This document shows positions 44,890-54,447 of a stretch of DNA of 64,000 bases, piece after piece. The notes beneath the pieces were generated by a model. The model did not search any database. It was not told the origin of the DNA and saw only the letters and a list, made by a program, of their open reading frames with translations. The first letter of the stretch is position 1. Each line of letters begins with the position of its first letter. The translations under genes were made by a program, and so were the position numbers. The DNA comes from Synechococcus sp. UW140. GTDB taxonomy: Bacteria; Armatimonadota; Fimbriimonadia; Fimbriimonadales; Fimbriimonadaceae. The DNA lies in assembly GCA_943369295.1 (NCBI GenBank), contig CALRMU020000004.1, positions 38,479 to 102,478 on the forward strand. Direction: 5' to 3'.

Positions 44890-47148
44890 ATGAGAAAAAA
44901 AGCCGAGCTCGGAAGATTTGCTGACCGTCAGCTGCTTGATTCCTGCACCAGATTCTATTTGATGGGAATCGGAGGAGCGGGGATGTCTTCTATCGCCCTC
45001 ATGCTCAAAGCTAAAGGCAAGGAAGTCTTTGGAGTTGACAGAGAGCCTTCTGATCTTTTGGACTTTTTGGCTGGCGAAGGTGTCGAAGTTCGAGTCGGAT
45101 CTTGGCCCGAGGCTGTTGTTGAAGGCACAGGCCTAATTCTCTCAGATGCGATTCGTCTGGATGAGCCGGAAGTGTTGAAGGCTGATGAGCTGGGACTTCC
45201 TCTTTTCCGCCGTTCACAGGCTCTTGGCTGGCTGCTGGGAGACAAAAAAGTGATTGCCATTACCGGCACTCACGGCAAGACCACAACCTCGGCAATGGTG
45301 GCCATGGGGCTGAGGGCAGCCGGGCTTGACCCCACGATTATCGTCGGAGCCAAGGTCCCCCAGCTCGGCGGGTCAATCATCGAAGGCAAGGATGCTTGGG
45401 CCGTAGTGGAAGCCTGCGAGGCCTACGAGAGCTATCTTGATCTTGACCCTCATCTTGCTGTTTTAACCAATCTTGAGCCTGATCATTTGGATTACCACGA
45501 GAACTGGGAGAACCTGCAGGCATCCATGAAGAAGTTCATGGCCAAGGTGCCGAATGAAGGCAGGATTTTTGCTTCTGGCGAAGAGGGTGAATGGCCAGCC
45601 GCGCAGTTTGCCGCCGAGGGGCTGGTTTGCGAATACTGCGAGGAAGATTGGACTCGGCTGAGCGGTGGTCAGGAGATGTTTCTGACTGGGAAGCATAACC
45701 GGCTGAACGCTGCCGGAGCCCTGATGGCCTGTTCTGCTGCTGGCGCTGACCCAGCCTTGGCCGCGGCAGGCATCGCCTCATTTACTGGCGCAGACCGCCG
45801 CATGCAGACAATTTACGATAAAGAAGCTGTTGTTATTGACGACTACGCTCACCTTCCCACTGAGATCAGAGCCACGATCCAGGCTGTGAGGGAGAAGCAC
45901 CCTGACAATCGTCTTGTTGCCGTTTTTCAGCCTCATCTCTATTCAAGAACCGCCGAGCATCTTGCCGATTTCAGCCTGGCGCTGGACGAAGCCGATTTCG
46001 TGGTGGTGACAGATATCTTCCCGGCCCGCGAAGATCCGATCCCGGGCGTTTCGAGCGTGAGAATCGCAGAGGGCTTGACCAAGCCTCACTCTTACGTTCC
46101 TTCGCGATTCCGCTTGGCAAGGAAACTCAAGGAACTTTCTCAGCCTGGCGATGTCTTTTTGATCATGGGGGCAGGGAACATCAGCGAGGTTCCGGCTCAG
46201 CTTGCCGCCGAACTGGATCGACCTGCCAGGACTGGCCGAGTTGCCGTCCTGATGGGTGGCGAATCTGCTGAGCGGGAAGTCTCGATTCATTCAGGAAGAG
46301 CGGTCAAGGCTGCCCTCACTCGACTCGGCTTCGAGACGATTGAGCTGGATCCTGCACATATCTTTTTAAAGTCAGGTTCTTTGTCTGAACTGATGGGCCC
46401 GAACCGTCCAGACTGCGCTCTGCTGCCCATTCACGGACCTCTCTCGGAAGATGGTTCGCTTCAAGGAGTGCTGGATCTGCTGCATATTCCTTATTCAAGC
46501 CCTGGACTTTTAGCGACGGCTCTGGCCATGGATAAGGACAAGGCTAAGGAGATTCTCGTCAACGCCGGAATCGATGTTCCGAAGGGAGTTTTGGTCAGAA
46601 GAGGGGACGATGTCCCGGCCATCACCTTTACAAAAGCTGTGGTCAAGCCAAATAGGCAGGGTTCGACGGTCGGGCTTACCTTTATCGAAGGAACTTCTCA
46701 GCTTGCTCAGGCCATTGATCTGGCTCTGAGGTACGACGAATCCTGCCTGGTTGAGGAGCTTATCGAGGGGGTTGAGATTTCGTGCCCAGTAATGGGTGAC
46801 CGTCCTCTTCTTCCAGTTGAAATCAGACCGAAAAAGGGAGGCTACGACTTCGCCAACAAGTACACTCCTGGTGCGACGGATGAGCCTTGCCCACCCGTCA
46901 GCCTCACGCAGGAGCAGATTGAAGAATCCAGACAGATTGCTCTCAAAGCCCATCAGGCTCTGGGGTGTCGCGGTTTGACTCGGACGGACATGATTGTCAC
47001 CAAAGATCGCATCGTGGCCCTTGAGGTCAATACACAACCGGGAATGACAGAGACCAGTCTTGTCCCCAAAAGTGCAGCCGCGGTCGGAATCAGCTTTGAC
47101 GAGCTTGTGAAGTGGATGGTGGAGGACGCTCTTGCCCAAAAAACGTAA
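44890..47148 (+). CDS. murC: bifunctional UDP-N-acetylmuramate--L-alanine ligase / D-alanine--D-alanine ligase (MurC-Ddl fusion)
   Basis: Single uninterrupted 752-aa ORF. Residues 1-~440 are MurC (YLMGIGGAGMSSIA..., ITGTHGKTTT, DDYAHLPTEI). A short linker ELDRPARTG follows. From ~aa 449 (nt ~46234) it is Ddl (RVAVLMGGESAEREVSIHSG..., ATP-grasp ...EELIEGVEISCPV..., ...LEVNTQPGMTETSL). Confidence 0.88.
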   Translation: MRKKAELGRFADRQLLDSCTRFYLMGIGGAGMSSIALMLKAKGKEVFGVDREPSDLLDFLAGEGVEVRVGSWPEAVVEGTGLILSDAIRLDEPEVLKADELGLPLFRRSQALGWLLGDKKVIAITGTHGKTTTSAMVAMGLRAAGLDPTIIVGAKVPQLGGSIIEGKDAWAVVEACEAYESYLDLDPHLAVLTNLEPDHLDYHENWENLQASMKKFMAKVPNEGRIFASGEEGEWPAAQFAAEGLVCEYCEEDWTRLSGGQEMFLTGKHNRLNAAGALMACSAAGADPALAAAGIASFTGADRRMQTIYDKEAVVIDDYAHLPTEIRATIQAVREKHPDNRLVAVFQPHLYSRTAEHLADFSLALDEADFVVVTDIFPAREDPIPGVSSVRIAEGLTKPHSYVPSRFRLARKLKELSQPGDVFLIMGAGNISEVPAQLAAELDRPARTGRVAVLMGGESAEREVSIHSGRAVKAALTRLGFETIELDPAHIFLKSGSLSELMGPNRPDCALLPIHGPLSEDGSLQGVLDLLHIPYSSPGLLATALAMDKDKAKEILVNAGIDVPKGVLVRRGDDVPAITFTKAVVKPNRQGSTVGLTFIEGTSQLAQAIDLALRYDESCLVEELIEGVEISCPVMGDRPLLPVEIRPKKGGYDFANKYTPGATDEPCPPVSLTQEQIEESRQIALKAHQALGCRGLTRTDMIVTKDRIVALEVNTQPGMTETSLVPKSAAAVGISFDELVKWMVEDALAQKT

Positions 47149-47953
47149 AAAGCGGCGTGGCCCGCCCCCCATCAGCGCCGAAGCTCTCTTTTGGTCACTG
47201 CTTGTGGTCAATCTAGTTCTTGGCTGTTTTCTTAGCCCTATCACCTCAATCCGTAAGGCCAAGGTTATCGGAGCGCATCCTGAAAGTCATGCTGATATTG
47301 AGGCTGACCTAAAGAAGCTGGAAGGCGTTCCCTATGCCCTTGTTCGAAGAGGCTGGGTTGAAAACCGTCTCCTGCTCGATGGTTCGGCATCAGTTGTAGA
47401 GTGGAAGGGAAACATCTTTGGCCGAGTTGGTTTCACCCTCGTGCCTCGTCAGGCTGTGGCAAGAGTTGTCGGCGAGGGTCTGCCGGGGGATATGGCCTTA
47501 GATAAAGAGGGCAGACTCTTTAGGTCTGTTCAGCCTCAGGATGGTTTAGTGGCACTAAGCATTCCTCAGAGAGCCAAAGAATCAACTGGCCTGATCTTGT
47601 CAGGATGGGAGGCAGGCACGGCCGGAGCCTTCGCAGCAGGCCTCCCCGAGGTGCTGGGGGGAGATTTGAGCGGATCCACGATCACCATGACCGAGGACAG
47701 TGCCTTCAAACTTGACATCTCTGGGAGCAGTCTTGATCTCGGAGCCCTGCCGTCAGTTGATGAGGCTCTGGAGCAGGTCGTGGCCTTTGTCAAAAGTCGT
47801 CCTTCGATGGGATTTGGTTCACAAAGTTCAGGAGAACGGGACCAGGCTCCCAGCAGACAGGGTGAAAGGGACCAAACTGCAGCAGATCCCAAAATTTCTG
47901 CTGGTTCAGACCAGGGAACAGGGACCGCCTCTCCTCCTGTTTCAAATGATTAG
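47132..47953 (+). CDS. ftsQ: cell division protein FtsQ/DivIB-like
   Basis: 273 aa; TTG start 6 nt after ggagg. It has a basic N-terminus, one TM helix (LFWSLLVVNLVLGCFL) and a POTRA-like segment (IRKAKVIGAHPESHADIEADLKKLEG). It sits between ddl and ftsA and has a Pro/Ser/Gln-rich C-terminus. Confidence 0.65.
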   Translation: MPKKRKKRRGPPPISAEALFWSLLVVNLVLGCFLSPITSIRKAKVIGAHPESHADIEADLKKLEGVPYALVRRGWVENRLLLDGSASVVEWKGNIFGRVGFTLVPRQAVARVVGEGLPGDMALDKEGRLFRSVQPQDGLVALSIPQRAKESTGLILSGWEAGTAGAFAAGLPEVLGGDLSGSTITMTEDSAFKLDISGSSLDLGALPSVDEALEQVVAFVKSRPSMGFGSQSSGERDQAPSRQGERDQTAADPKISAGSDQGTGTASPPVSND

Positions 47954-47956
47954 GCC

Positions 47957-48760
47957 ATGAATCCATTTCCTGTAGCTGGTGAAAAGTCGTCGGGCTGGAT
48001 GATTATCAGTTTTGTCGGACTGTTAGTCGGGGTCATGGCGGCGATGGCGCTTGTGCAGCATTCGCAGACAGACGAAAGGGTTCGAAGGCTGCCTGGTGAT
48101 ATTCGTGATCAAGTTCTGAGCGGGGACCTTAATGTCACGGAGGAGATGGCCAAGCTGCGAACTGAGGTTCAGAAGCTGCGCGAAGAAAAGACTGCGCTTG
48201 AAATTGCCGCGTCGTCTGGACAGAATTTGACCCAAGAACTAAACGATTCGCTGCAGAATGCGAAGCTGTTTGCTGGATTGACAGAAGTTGAAGGCCCAGG
48301 GGTCACGGTGATTTTGAGAGACAGCAAGAAGCCCGCCGAGGAGCTTGCCAATGTCAACGATGCGATCATTCACGATGCCGACTTGGTCAGGGTGATTAAC
48401 GAACTCTGGAATGCTGGCGCTGAGGCGATTACTGTCAACAACAAGAGAGCAGGGCCCACAACAAGCTATAGATGCGTCGGCTCTGTGATTGTGGTGGATG
48501 GAGCCAGGTTTGCAGCACCAATCGTTATCAGAGCGATGGGAGACCCGGATGCTCTCTACGGCGGGTTGAATCTCCCTGGAGGAGTTCTGGCTGAGATCCG
48601 AGAATTGGATCCGGCCATGGTTGAAATTGCCATTTCGGACAAGATGAGATTCCCGGCATTTGATGGATCGACGGCGAGGAAGTTCGCCAGTCTGCCTAAG
48701 CCAGAGGAAAAGGAAAAGGCGGAAACTTCAACAAACCGCAGGTCAGGAGGCCGAAATTAA
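47957..48760 (+). CDS. DUF881-family division-associated protein
   Basis: 267 aa with an N-terminal TM helix and a coiled coil. ...VEGPGVTVILRDS...DLVRVINELWNAGAEAITVNNKR... is typical of DUF881 (Bacillus YlxW/YlxX-like). Confidence 0.75.
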   Translation: MNPFPVAGEKSSGWMIISFVGLLVGVMAAMALVQHSQTDERVRRLPGDIRDQVLSGDLNVTEEMAKLRTEVQKLREEKTALEIAASSGQNLTQELNDSLQNAKLFAGLTEVEGPGVTVILRDSKKPAEELANVNDAIIHDADLVRVINELWNAGAEAITVNNKRAGPTTSYRCVGSVIVVDGARFAAPIVIRAMGDPDALYGGLNLPGGVLAEIRELDPAMVEIAISDKMRFPAFDGSTARKFASLPKPEEKEKAETSTNRRSGGRN

Positions 48761-48770
48761 AGGCATTCCT

Positions 48771-49187
48771 TTGATTCTGCCTGTTGCAGCAATCATTGCC
48801 GGCTTTATCATTGGTCTTCAGCTCAAAGCGCCTCTTCCACCAGAATACGTTGCCTATCTTGGCCTCGCCGTCATGGGCGGAATTGATACTGTTCTAGGTG
48901 GCTATCGCAGCAGTCTTGAAGGAAAGTTTAACGGATCTATCTTTTTGACCGGCTTTTTGGGCAATATCCTCATGGGATCGGCCCTAGCGTGGTTAGGCGA
49001 ACAAATGGGCATCAACCTCTTTTTGGTTGTTGCCTTCGTCTATGGAGGAAGGATCTTTAACAATCTCAGCATTATTCGAAGGATTCTTCTCACTCGGTGG
49101 TCCGATTGGAGGGAGCAGACTCGTCTTGAAGCTGAGAGAGCCAAGCAGGCGGCAGCAGCACCTGCATCTAAGGAAGGACAGTCTTAA
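48771..49187 (+). CDS. sbp: small basic protein Sbp (DUF1290)
   Basis: Within track ORF 48660..49187. TTG 48771 gives MILPVAAIIAGFIIGLQLKAPLPPEYVAYLGLAVMGGIDTVLGG...VYGGRIFNNLSIIRR. This follows the DUF1290/Sbp pattern as I recall it. The upstream 37 codons overlap the DUF881 gene. Confidence 0.7.
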   Translation: MILPVAAIIAGFIIGLQLKAPLPPEYVAYLGLAVMGGIDTVLGGYRSSLEGKFNGSIFLTGFLGNILMGSALAWLGEQMGINLFLVVAFVYGGRIFNNLSIIRRILLTRWSDWREQTRLEAERAKQAAAAPASKEGQS

Positions 49188-49190
49188 GCT

Positions 49191-50420
49191 ATGGAAACCA
49201 GGCAGGCAGCCGTATTGGAGATTTCTGGCAGCAAGGTCGTGTGCCTTGCAGCCAGCGTCACGGATGGGAAGTTTCAAGTAGATGGCTTTACGGCGGTGCC
49301 CTGCCGCGGCTTGACAAAGGGCGCGATTCGAGACGAAGAGGAAGTCGGCCAAGCTGCATTGCAGGCGATTCAGAAGGTTGAAAAGGAGCTGGGCGAGCAC
49401 ATCATGGGCTTTGCCATCAACATCTCTGGCCCCCACCTTCAATGCTCCACCAGCCAGGGCTACCTGCCCATCGTTCCTCAGGGGCGAGTCCTGCGAGCCG
49501 AGGACGTCCTCACAGTCCTCAAGCACAGCCGACAGGTTCTTGTTGGTTCTGATAGAGAACAGGTCACGGCGGTCCCCAGAGAATTTCGAGTTGATGGACA
49601 GCGAGGCATTGCTGACCCGGTCGGTTTGGCTGCTAACAAGCTGGAAGTCATGACGACCATGGTCACTGGCGCAAAGAAAGTGATCGATGGTCACGCGCAT
49701 TTGGCGGCTAGGATTGGCAGAAGACTGGACCAAATCGTCGTTCAGCCTTTTGCATCTGCCTTTGGCTGCGCTCCCATGGAAGCACTTGATCTTGGCTGTG
49801 CCGTGATTGACGTAGGTTTTCTTTCTACCGATGTCGCTGTTTATCTTGATCACAAGCCTGTTCACTGTGCCTGTCTTCCTATCGGCGCCCACCACATCAC
49901 CAGCGATATTGCTTATCTTCTAAAGACCGAACTCGGAGAGGCAGAAAGAGTTAAGGTTGAACATGGTGTGGCAACACCTGCCGGAGTTTCTGACAACGAC
50001 GTTATCGATATTCTCCAAAAGGAAATGTCTTCTCCTCGGCCCCTTAAGCGCAGGGCGATGGCGGAGATTATCGAGGCACGAGTCAGAGAAATTGCCACAT
50101 TTGCAGGCAAAGAAATTGAAAAAAGCGGAGTGGCAGGCAAGCTTGCAGGAGGAATTTTCCTCACTGGCGGCTGCGCTCACTTAGAAGGTGTTGAGCTTGT
50201 GTTTGAAAAGGCACTTAGCGGGCGAAGAGTCAAACCGGCAGCGCCAAAAACAACAGGACCAAACAGCAGAAGGCTCATGGATCCCATCTTTTCAACCTCT
50301 GTGGGCATGGCTCGCATGGTTTTAGAGTTGGATCAGCAGGAGTTTGAGCCCGTTTCTGGCACGAAAGGGTGGCAGGAAGGCTTTAAGGCGATACAATCAA
50401 TCTTCGGGCGGCGTCCATAA
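49191..50420 (+). CDS. ftsA: cell division protein FtsA
   Basis: 409 aa; actin-like ATPase pattern ([14 protein letters not shown]..., ...[15 protein letters not shown]..., ...[14 protein letters not shown]...), immediately upstream of ftsZ. Confidence 0.88.
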   Translation: METRQAAVLEISGSKVVCLAASVTDGKFQVDGFTAVPCRGLTKGAIRDEEEVGQAALQAIQKVEKELGEHIMGFAINISGPHLQCSTSQGYLPIVPQGRVLRAEDVLTVLKHSRQVLVGSDREQVTAVPREFRVDGQRGIADPVGLAANKLEVMTTMVTGAKKVIDGHAHLAARIGRRLDQIVVQPFASAFGCAPMEALDLGCAVIDVGFLSTDVAVYLDHKPVHCACLPIGAHHITSDIAYLLKTELGEAERVKVEHGVATPAGVSDNDVIDILQKEMSSPRPLKRRAMAEIIEARVREIATFAGKEIEKSGVAGKLAGGIFLTGGCAHLEGVELVFEKALSGRRVKPAAPKTTGPNSRRLMDPIFSTSVGMARMVLELDQQEFEPVSGTKGWQEGFKAIQSIFGRRP

Positions 50421-51706
50421 TGGATAGGCGGTCGGAACCAAAGGAAGGAATCGTGGATCAATCGGGTGCAGTAATCAAGGTCGTCGGAGTGGGGGGCGGC
50501 GGTTCGAATGCCGTCAACTCCATGGTCGAGGCCGGAATCCTGGGCGTCGAGTTTATCGCTATGAATACGGATGTTCAGGCGCTCGATCAGTCTAAGGCGC
50601 ATAAACGTATTCAAATCGGGATCAATCTGACCCGAGGACTCGGCGCGGGAGGAGACCCCGAAGTCGGCCGAAGCGCTGCCGAAGAATCGAAGAACGAGAT
50701 TCGGAAGGTTCTTGAAGGCGCCGACATGGTCTTCATCACCGCTGGAATGGGTGGTGGAACCGGTACTGGTGCGGCTCCTATCGTCGCCGATATCGCTCGC
50801 GAACTGGGCGCGGTCACGGTGAGCATCGTCACAAGGCCCTTCACCTTCGAAGGCCGACGACGAGAAAAGCTTGCAGAAAATGGAATCACCAGCCTTGTTG
50901 GCCGGGTCGATACCATGATCACCATTCCCAACGACAGGCTGATGAATGTCGCTGAGCGAAGGACCGCTATCCGCGACGCCTTCCGCATGGCAGACGAAGT
51001 TCTCCGCCAGGGCGTCCAGGGCATTTCCGATATCATCACGATTCCTGGCCAGATCAACGTCGACTTTGCCGACGTTAAGGCGGTCATGCAGAACGCTGGC
51101 CCTGCTCTGATGGGCATTGGCTACGGTGTCGGGGAGCACAGAGCTCTACAGGCCGCACAGGATGCCACTTCCAGCCAGTTGCTTGAGCAGTCTATTGATG
51201 GCGCTCGTGGTCTTCTGGTCAACATCACGAGCAGCGAAGATCTCACCCTCGCTGAACTCAACGATGCCATGGAGTACATCCATTCGCTCTGCGACATGGA
51301 AGATGCTGCCATCTACCTCGGCACGGTTATCGACCCGAACATGAGCAACGAGGTGAGAATCACGGTTCTTGCCACAGGGTTCGACCCAGAGATCGCACGG
51401 TCACGCACTTCCACCAGAGCCGAGGTCCGCACTCCTCAGCCAGAGCCGGAAGAAGTCTGGACCAGCTTCCAGCCCAAGTCGGTTCTCGATGGCGCCAAGG
51501 AAGAAGCTGAAGCCGAACAGCCAGCGGAAGAACCAAAGACTTCTCGGCCTTCAACTGCCCCCAGACCCTATGAGCCAGGCCGACCTCGTCCTCGCGACAT
51601 TTGGGCCGGTGCATCGGGTGCTCCGGAAGAAGAGGGAATGGATGATGACGAAATCTCCCTGCCCACCTTCCTTCGTGAGCATAAAAAGAAGAAAGAAGGC
51701 GGCTAG
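50420..51706 (+). CDS. ftsZ: cell division GTPase FtsZ
   Basis: 428 aa; TAATG overlap with ftsA. Tubulin signature [17 protein letters not shown], a long disordered linker and a conserved C-terminal peptide ([13 protein letters not shown]). Confidence 0.97.
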   Translation: MDRRSEPKEGIVDQSGAVIKVVGVGGGGSNAVNSMVEAGILGVEFIAMNTDVQALDQSKAHKRIQIGINLTRGLGAGGDPEVGRSAAEESKNEIRKVLEGADMVFITAGMGGGTGTGAAPIVADIARELGAVTVSIVTRPFTFEGRRREKLAENGITSLVGRVDTMITIPNDRLMNVAERRTAIRDAFRMADEVLRQGVQGISDIITIPGQINVDFADVKAVMQNAGPALMGIGYGVGEHRALQAAQDATSSQLLEQSIDGARGLLVNITSSEDLTLAELNDAMEYIHSLCDMEDAAIYLGTVIDPNMSNEVRITVLATGFDPEIARSRTSTRAEVRTPQPEPEEVWTSFQPKSVLDGAKEEAEAEQPAEEPKTSRPSTAPRPYEPGRPRPRDIWAGASGAPEEEGMDDDEISLPTFLREHKKKKEGG

Positions 51707-51721
51707 TTTCCCTTCTTTACG

Positions 51722-51761
51722 CAGAGTTCTATGGCTGCTTCCCTGCATGGGAGCCAGCCAT
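51722..51761 (+). terminator. rho-independent terminator of ftsZ / dcw operon
   Basis: ATGGCTGCTTCCC-tgcat-GGGAGCCAGCCAT (12 of 13 positions paired) followed by tttctttct, 15 nt after the ftsZ stop. Confidence 0.75.
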
Positions 51762-51836
51762 TTTCTTTCTGTGAGGTGTTGGTTTTGGTAAACAGCATTC
51801 AAGGGGAGCTTTTCTTGACTGTCTGTGAAAACTGCG

Positions 51837-51985
51837 ATTCACGACCTTTTCCTCGTTACTCGAAAAAGGTCGTGGCACCCAAGAATTGGTCTGCTCAACC
51901 TATGTCTTTCGTTGGTTTCACCCACGCCCCCCCCAGCTTAGGAAGTGGTTGAACTTTCCGGAACCAGCCCGTCGAGTGGCCCCGA
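51837..51985. repeat. composite intergenic repeat, copy 1 (hairpin element X + element Y)
   Basis: X = ATTCACGACCTTTTCctcgttactcGAAAAAGGTCGTGGCACCC (51837-51880). Y = TATGTCTTTCGTTGGTTTCACCCACGCC...CTTAGGAAGTGGTT...GGCCCCGA (51901-51985). It is near-identical in organisation to 52271-52419. Confidence 0.85.
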
Positions 51986-52195
51986 GGTAAGAGGGGACGC
52001 TCGATGGGAGAATAAAGTCACCCTCTTCCCAGGAAGAGGGTCGGGGTGATGGCAAATTATGCAGCTTTTTGGCTTAAGATTGGCGAGTATTCTCGGATGC
52101 AGCACTGGTTGATAAGCCTTGAATCCATGGCTCCCTAGCTAGTGACTCTGAAGGAGTAGGTGGCCGTGAACTGGCTCTGAATCGGTTTTTTGGCT

Positions 52196-52228
52196 TATGT
52201 CTTTCGTGGGTTTCACCCACGCCACCCC
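52196..52228. repeat. partial copy of element Y
   Basis: TATGTCTTTCGTGGGTTTCACCCACGCCACCCC matches the 5' part of Y and then diverges. Confidence 0.75.
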
Positions 52229-52270
52229 TTTGCAGGCGATGATTGAAGAGTGTCTTTGGCAAGAGTCCAC

Positions 52271-52419
52271 ATTCACGACCTTTTCTTCGTTACTCGGAAA
52301 AGGTCGTGGCACCCTTCACCTTTAATTCCTCGAGGTATGCCTTTCGTGGGTTTCATCCACGCCACCCCAACTTAGGGCGTGGTTAGACTTTTCGGATCTG
52401 GCCCGTCGCGTTGCCCCGA
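52271..52419. repeat. composite intergenic repeat, copy 2 (X + Y)
   Basis: X = ATTCACGACCTTTTCttcgttactcgGAAAAGGTCGTGGCACCC (12-bp perfect stem). Y = TATGCCTTTCGTGGGTTTCATCCACGCCACCCCAACTTAGGGCGTGGTTAGACTTTTCGGATCTGGCCCGTCGCGTTGCCCCGA, with an internal CCACGCC/GGCGTGG hairpin. Confidence 0.85.
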
Positions 52420-52466
52420 CGCCATCTTTCCATAGTCAAGAATAAGTTCACCAATTCAAGTCAGTC

Positions 52467-52817
52467 CTACTTGAACTGTGCGCCCGACTTGATCCACTCA
52501 TCAACCACCTTGATATCTGCTTCTTTCAGCTTGCCAGCCGGAGGCATCATAGGCCCCTCACCCTTCATCCGCTTTGAAAGGGAGCTCTTCTTAGGATCTT
52601 TCGGCACGACGGCCTTCTTCACCCCTTCGGGGGCATCCAGCCTCAAACCGCCATAGGCGGCCTCCGCTCGATGGCACGAAACACAGTGCTTTTTAAGCAG
52701 AGGATCAACTTGTTTTGTGTAGCTGGGGGGCGCCGGTTTAGGACCCTTTTGAGCCTGAACCGGGATGAGAATTCCCAGAGAAAGAATTGCAATTCCGATG
52801 AGGAGGCTAAAGCGCAT
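52467..52817 (-). CDS. small secreted c-type cytochrome (PSCyt1-like)
   Basis: 116 aa with a signal peptide (MRFSLLIGIAILSLGILIPVQAQ). It has a single CVSCH haem-binding motif followed by ...AAYGGLRLD..., as in the 'planctomycete cytochrome c' domain. Confidence 0.75.
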   Translation of the reverse strand: MRFSLLIGIAILSLGILIPVQAQKGPKPAPPSYTKQVDPLLKKHCVSCHRAEAAYGGLRLDAPEGVKKAVVPKDPKKSSLSKRMKGEGPMMPPAGKLKEADIKVVDEWIKSGAQFK

Positions 52818-52869
52818 CCACTTTAGTATCTCCTCAAAGAATTGTTAAAGAGTTAATATTTAGGACTCA

Positions 52870-53793
52870 TTACATTTTTGTCAAGATTGGTTTTTCAACC
52901 AAGTCATGAAGGGCAAATGTCAGAGTCTCGAATTCGAACCTAAAACCGTGAATCATCGCCAGTTCCGGTACGACTCTTTGCCCATCAAGAAGCAGGCTTG
53001 GTTCGATTCCCATCATGGGCAGGACGGCCTTGATGATGAAGGCGGGGGCAGGGGGAATGGGAGGCTTTCCGTAGACATCCCTCAAGCCCGCCATGAGCTC
53101 TGCATTTGTTACAGGGCTGGGGGCAGTTCCATTGATGGGGCCAGATACTTCGTTCGTCACGGCCCAGACAAACATCCGCACAAGATCCTGAAGGTGAATC
53201 CAGCTGACGTACTGCTGGCCCGATCCGAGAGCGCCGCCCGCATACATGTTGGTTACCTTTGAAAGCTGATCAAAGGCTCCTCCACCGTGGCCAAGAACAA
53301 TGCCAATTCTGATCATCACTCGGCGGACATCAGGCAGGTTCTCCTTCATCACGGCCGATTCCCAGGCCATGCAGGTATCGGGCAGAAACCCTTCTCCGAT
53401 TGCGCTAGCCTCGGTCAGAATCTTGTCGCCCCTGTCTCCGTAGATTCCGATCGCCGAAGCGTTGACCCAAACCTCGGGCTTGCTGCTCAAACCCGCGATC
53501 AAGCGGCCCAGCTGCTGGGTGGAATCGACTCTGGATTTGAGAATCTCCTCTTTTGCCTGGGTGGTGAAGCGGGTCATGATGGAGCGGCCCGCAAGATTGA
53601 TGAGGGCTCTGCTCTCGCTCAAGGCTCTGCCAAGGGGGGAGGCGGGGTCATCTGACCAAGCCACAGTTTCATCAGCTCCTTTCACAGATGCGCCTCGGGA
53701 GACGGCGGTAATGTGCCATCCCTCCTCTTTAAAGGCCTTCATCAAAGCGGTTCCGATGAATCCGCTTGCTCCTGCGATGACTATCTTGTTCAT
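52870..53793 (-). CDS. TIGR01777/YfcH-like NAD-dependent epimerase/dehydratase family protein (SDR with DUF1731 C-terminus)
   Basis: 307 aa. MNKIVIAGASGFIGTALMKAFKEEGWHITAVSR (GxxGxxG), with C-terminal ...GQRVVPELAMIHGFRFEFETLTFALHDL. Confidence 0.78.
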   Translation of the reverse strand: MNKIVIAGASGFIGTALMKAFKEEGWHITAVSRGASVKGADETVAWSDDPASPLGRALSESRALINLAGRSIMTRFTTQAKEEILKSRVDSTQQLGRLIAGLSSKPEVWVNASAIGIYGDRGDKILTEASAIGEGFLPDTCMAWESAVMKENLPDVRRVMIRIGIVLGHGGGAFDQLSKVTNMYAGGALGSGQQYVSWIHLQDLVRMFVWAVTNEVSGPINGTAPSPVTNAELMAGLRDVYGKPPIPPAPAFIIKAVLPMMGIEPSLLLDGQRVVPELAMIHGFRFEFETLTFALHDLVEKPILTKM

Positions 53794-54392
53794 TCTTCCT
53801 CAAGCATCCACTGCTTCTGAATTGTCTGTTCGACGCCCAGGTTCTGCAGAACTCGGGCGACGACTGTATCCGCGAGGTCTTCTAGACTCTTAGGATTGGT
53901 GTACCAAGCCGGGCAGGCTGGCAGAACCGTTGCCCCTGCTTCGACAAGGGTCGTCATGTTGCGCAGCATGATCAGGTTCCAGGGCATTTCCCTGGGAACT
54001 AGAATAAGGGGGCGTCGCTCCTTAAGGCAGACATCGGCCGACCGGGTGAGAAGGTCATTCGAGATGCCATGAGCGATCCTTCCCGCTGTCCCCATGCTGC
54101 AGGGAAGGATAACCATGCCGTCGTGGCGAAAACTTCCGCTGGCCGGAGGGGTGAAGTAATTCTTCTCGTCCAGCAGCTTGATCTGAGGGTAGTCCGCTCC
54201 CAGCCATTCCAGGGTTGAAAAGTTGGAGATGCTGGGAGAGACTCCGAGCTCGGTTTGGGCGACATCCAGAGCCTGTCGGCTGAGCATGAGATAGATCTCA
54301 TCCCAAATCCCGGCGGCGGCGCGAAGAAATCTCTGGGCATAGATGGCTCCGCTTGCCCCTGTTACGCCCACTACTAGGCGGCCTGTCCCCAT
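53790..54392 (-). CDS. ubiX: flavin prenyltransferase UbiX
   Basis: Track ORF 53790..54497. ATG 54392 gives MGTGRLVVGVTGASGAIYAQRFL..., then ...ILPCSMGTAGRIAHGISNDLLTRSADVCLKERRPLILVPRE.P. This start avoids an antisense overlap with the divergent GT gene. Confidence 0.85.
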   Translation of the reverse strand: MGTGRLVVGVTGASGAIYAQRFLRAAAGIWDEIYLMLSRQALDVAQTELGVSPSISNFSTLEWLGADYPQIKLLDEKNYFTPPASGSFRHDGMVILPCSMGTAGRIAHGISNDLLTRSADVCLKERRPLILVPREMPWNLIMLRNMTTLVEAGATVLPACPAWYTNPKSLEDLADTVVARVLQNLGVEQTIQKQWMLEEE

Positions 54393-54447
54393 GTCAGTGT
54401 AATCTACGTCTTCGCACCTCCTACAATCTAGGGGGTCCCTCCTTGCC

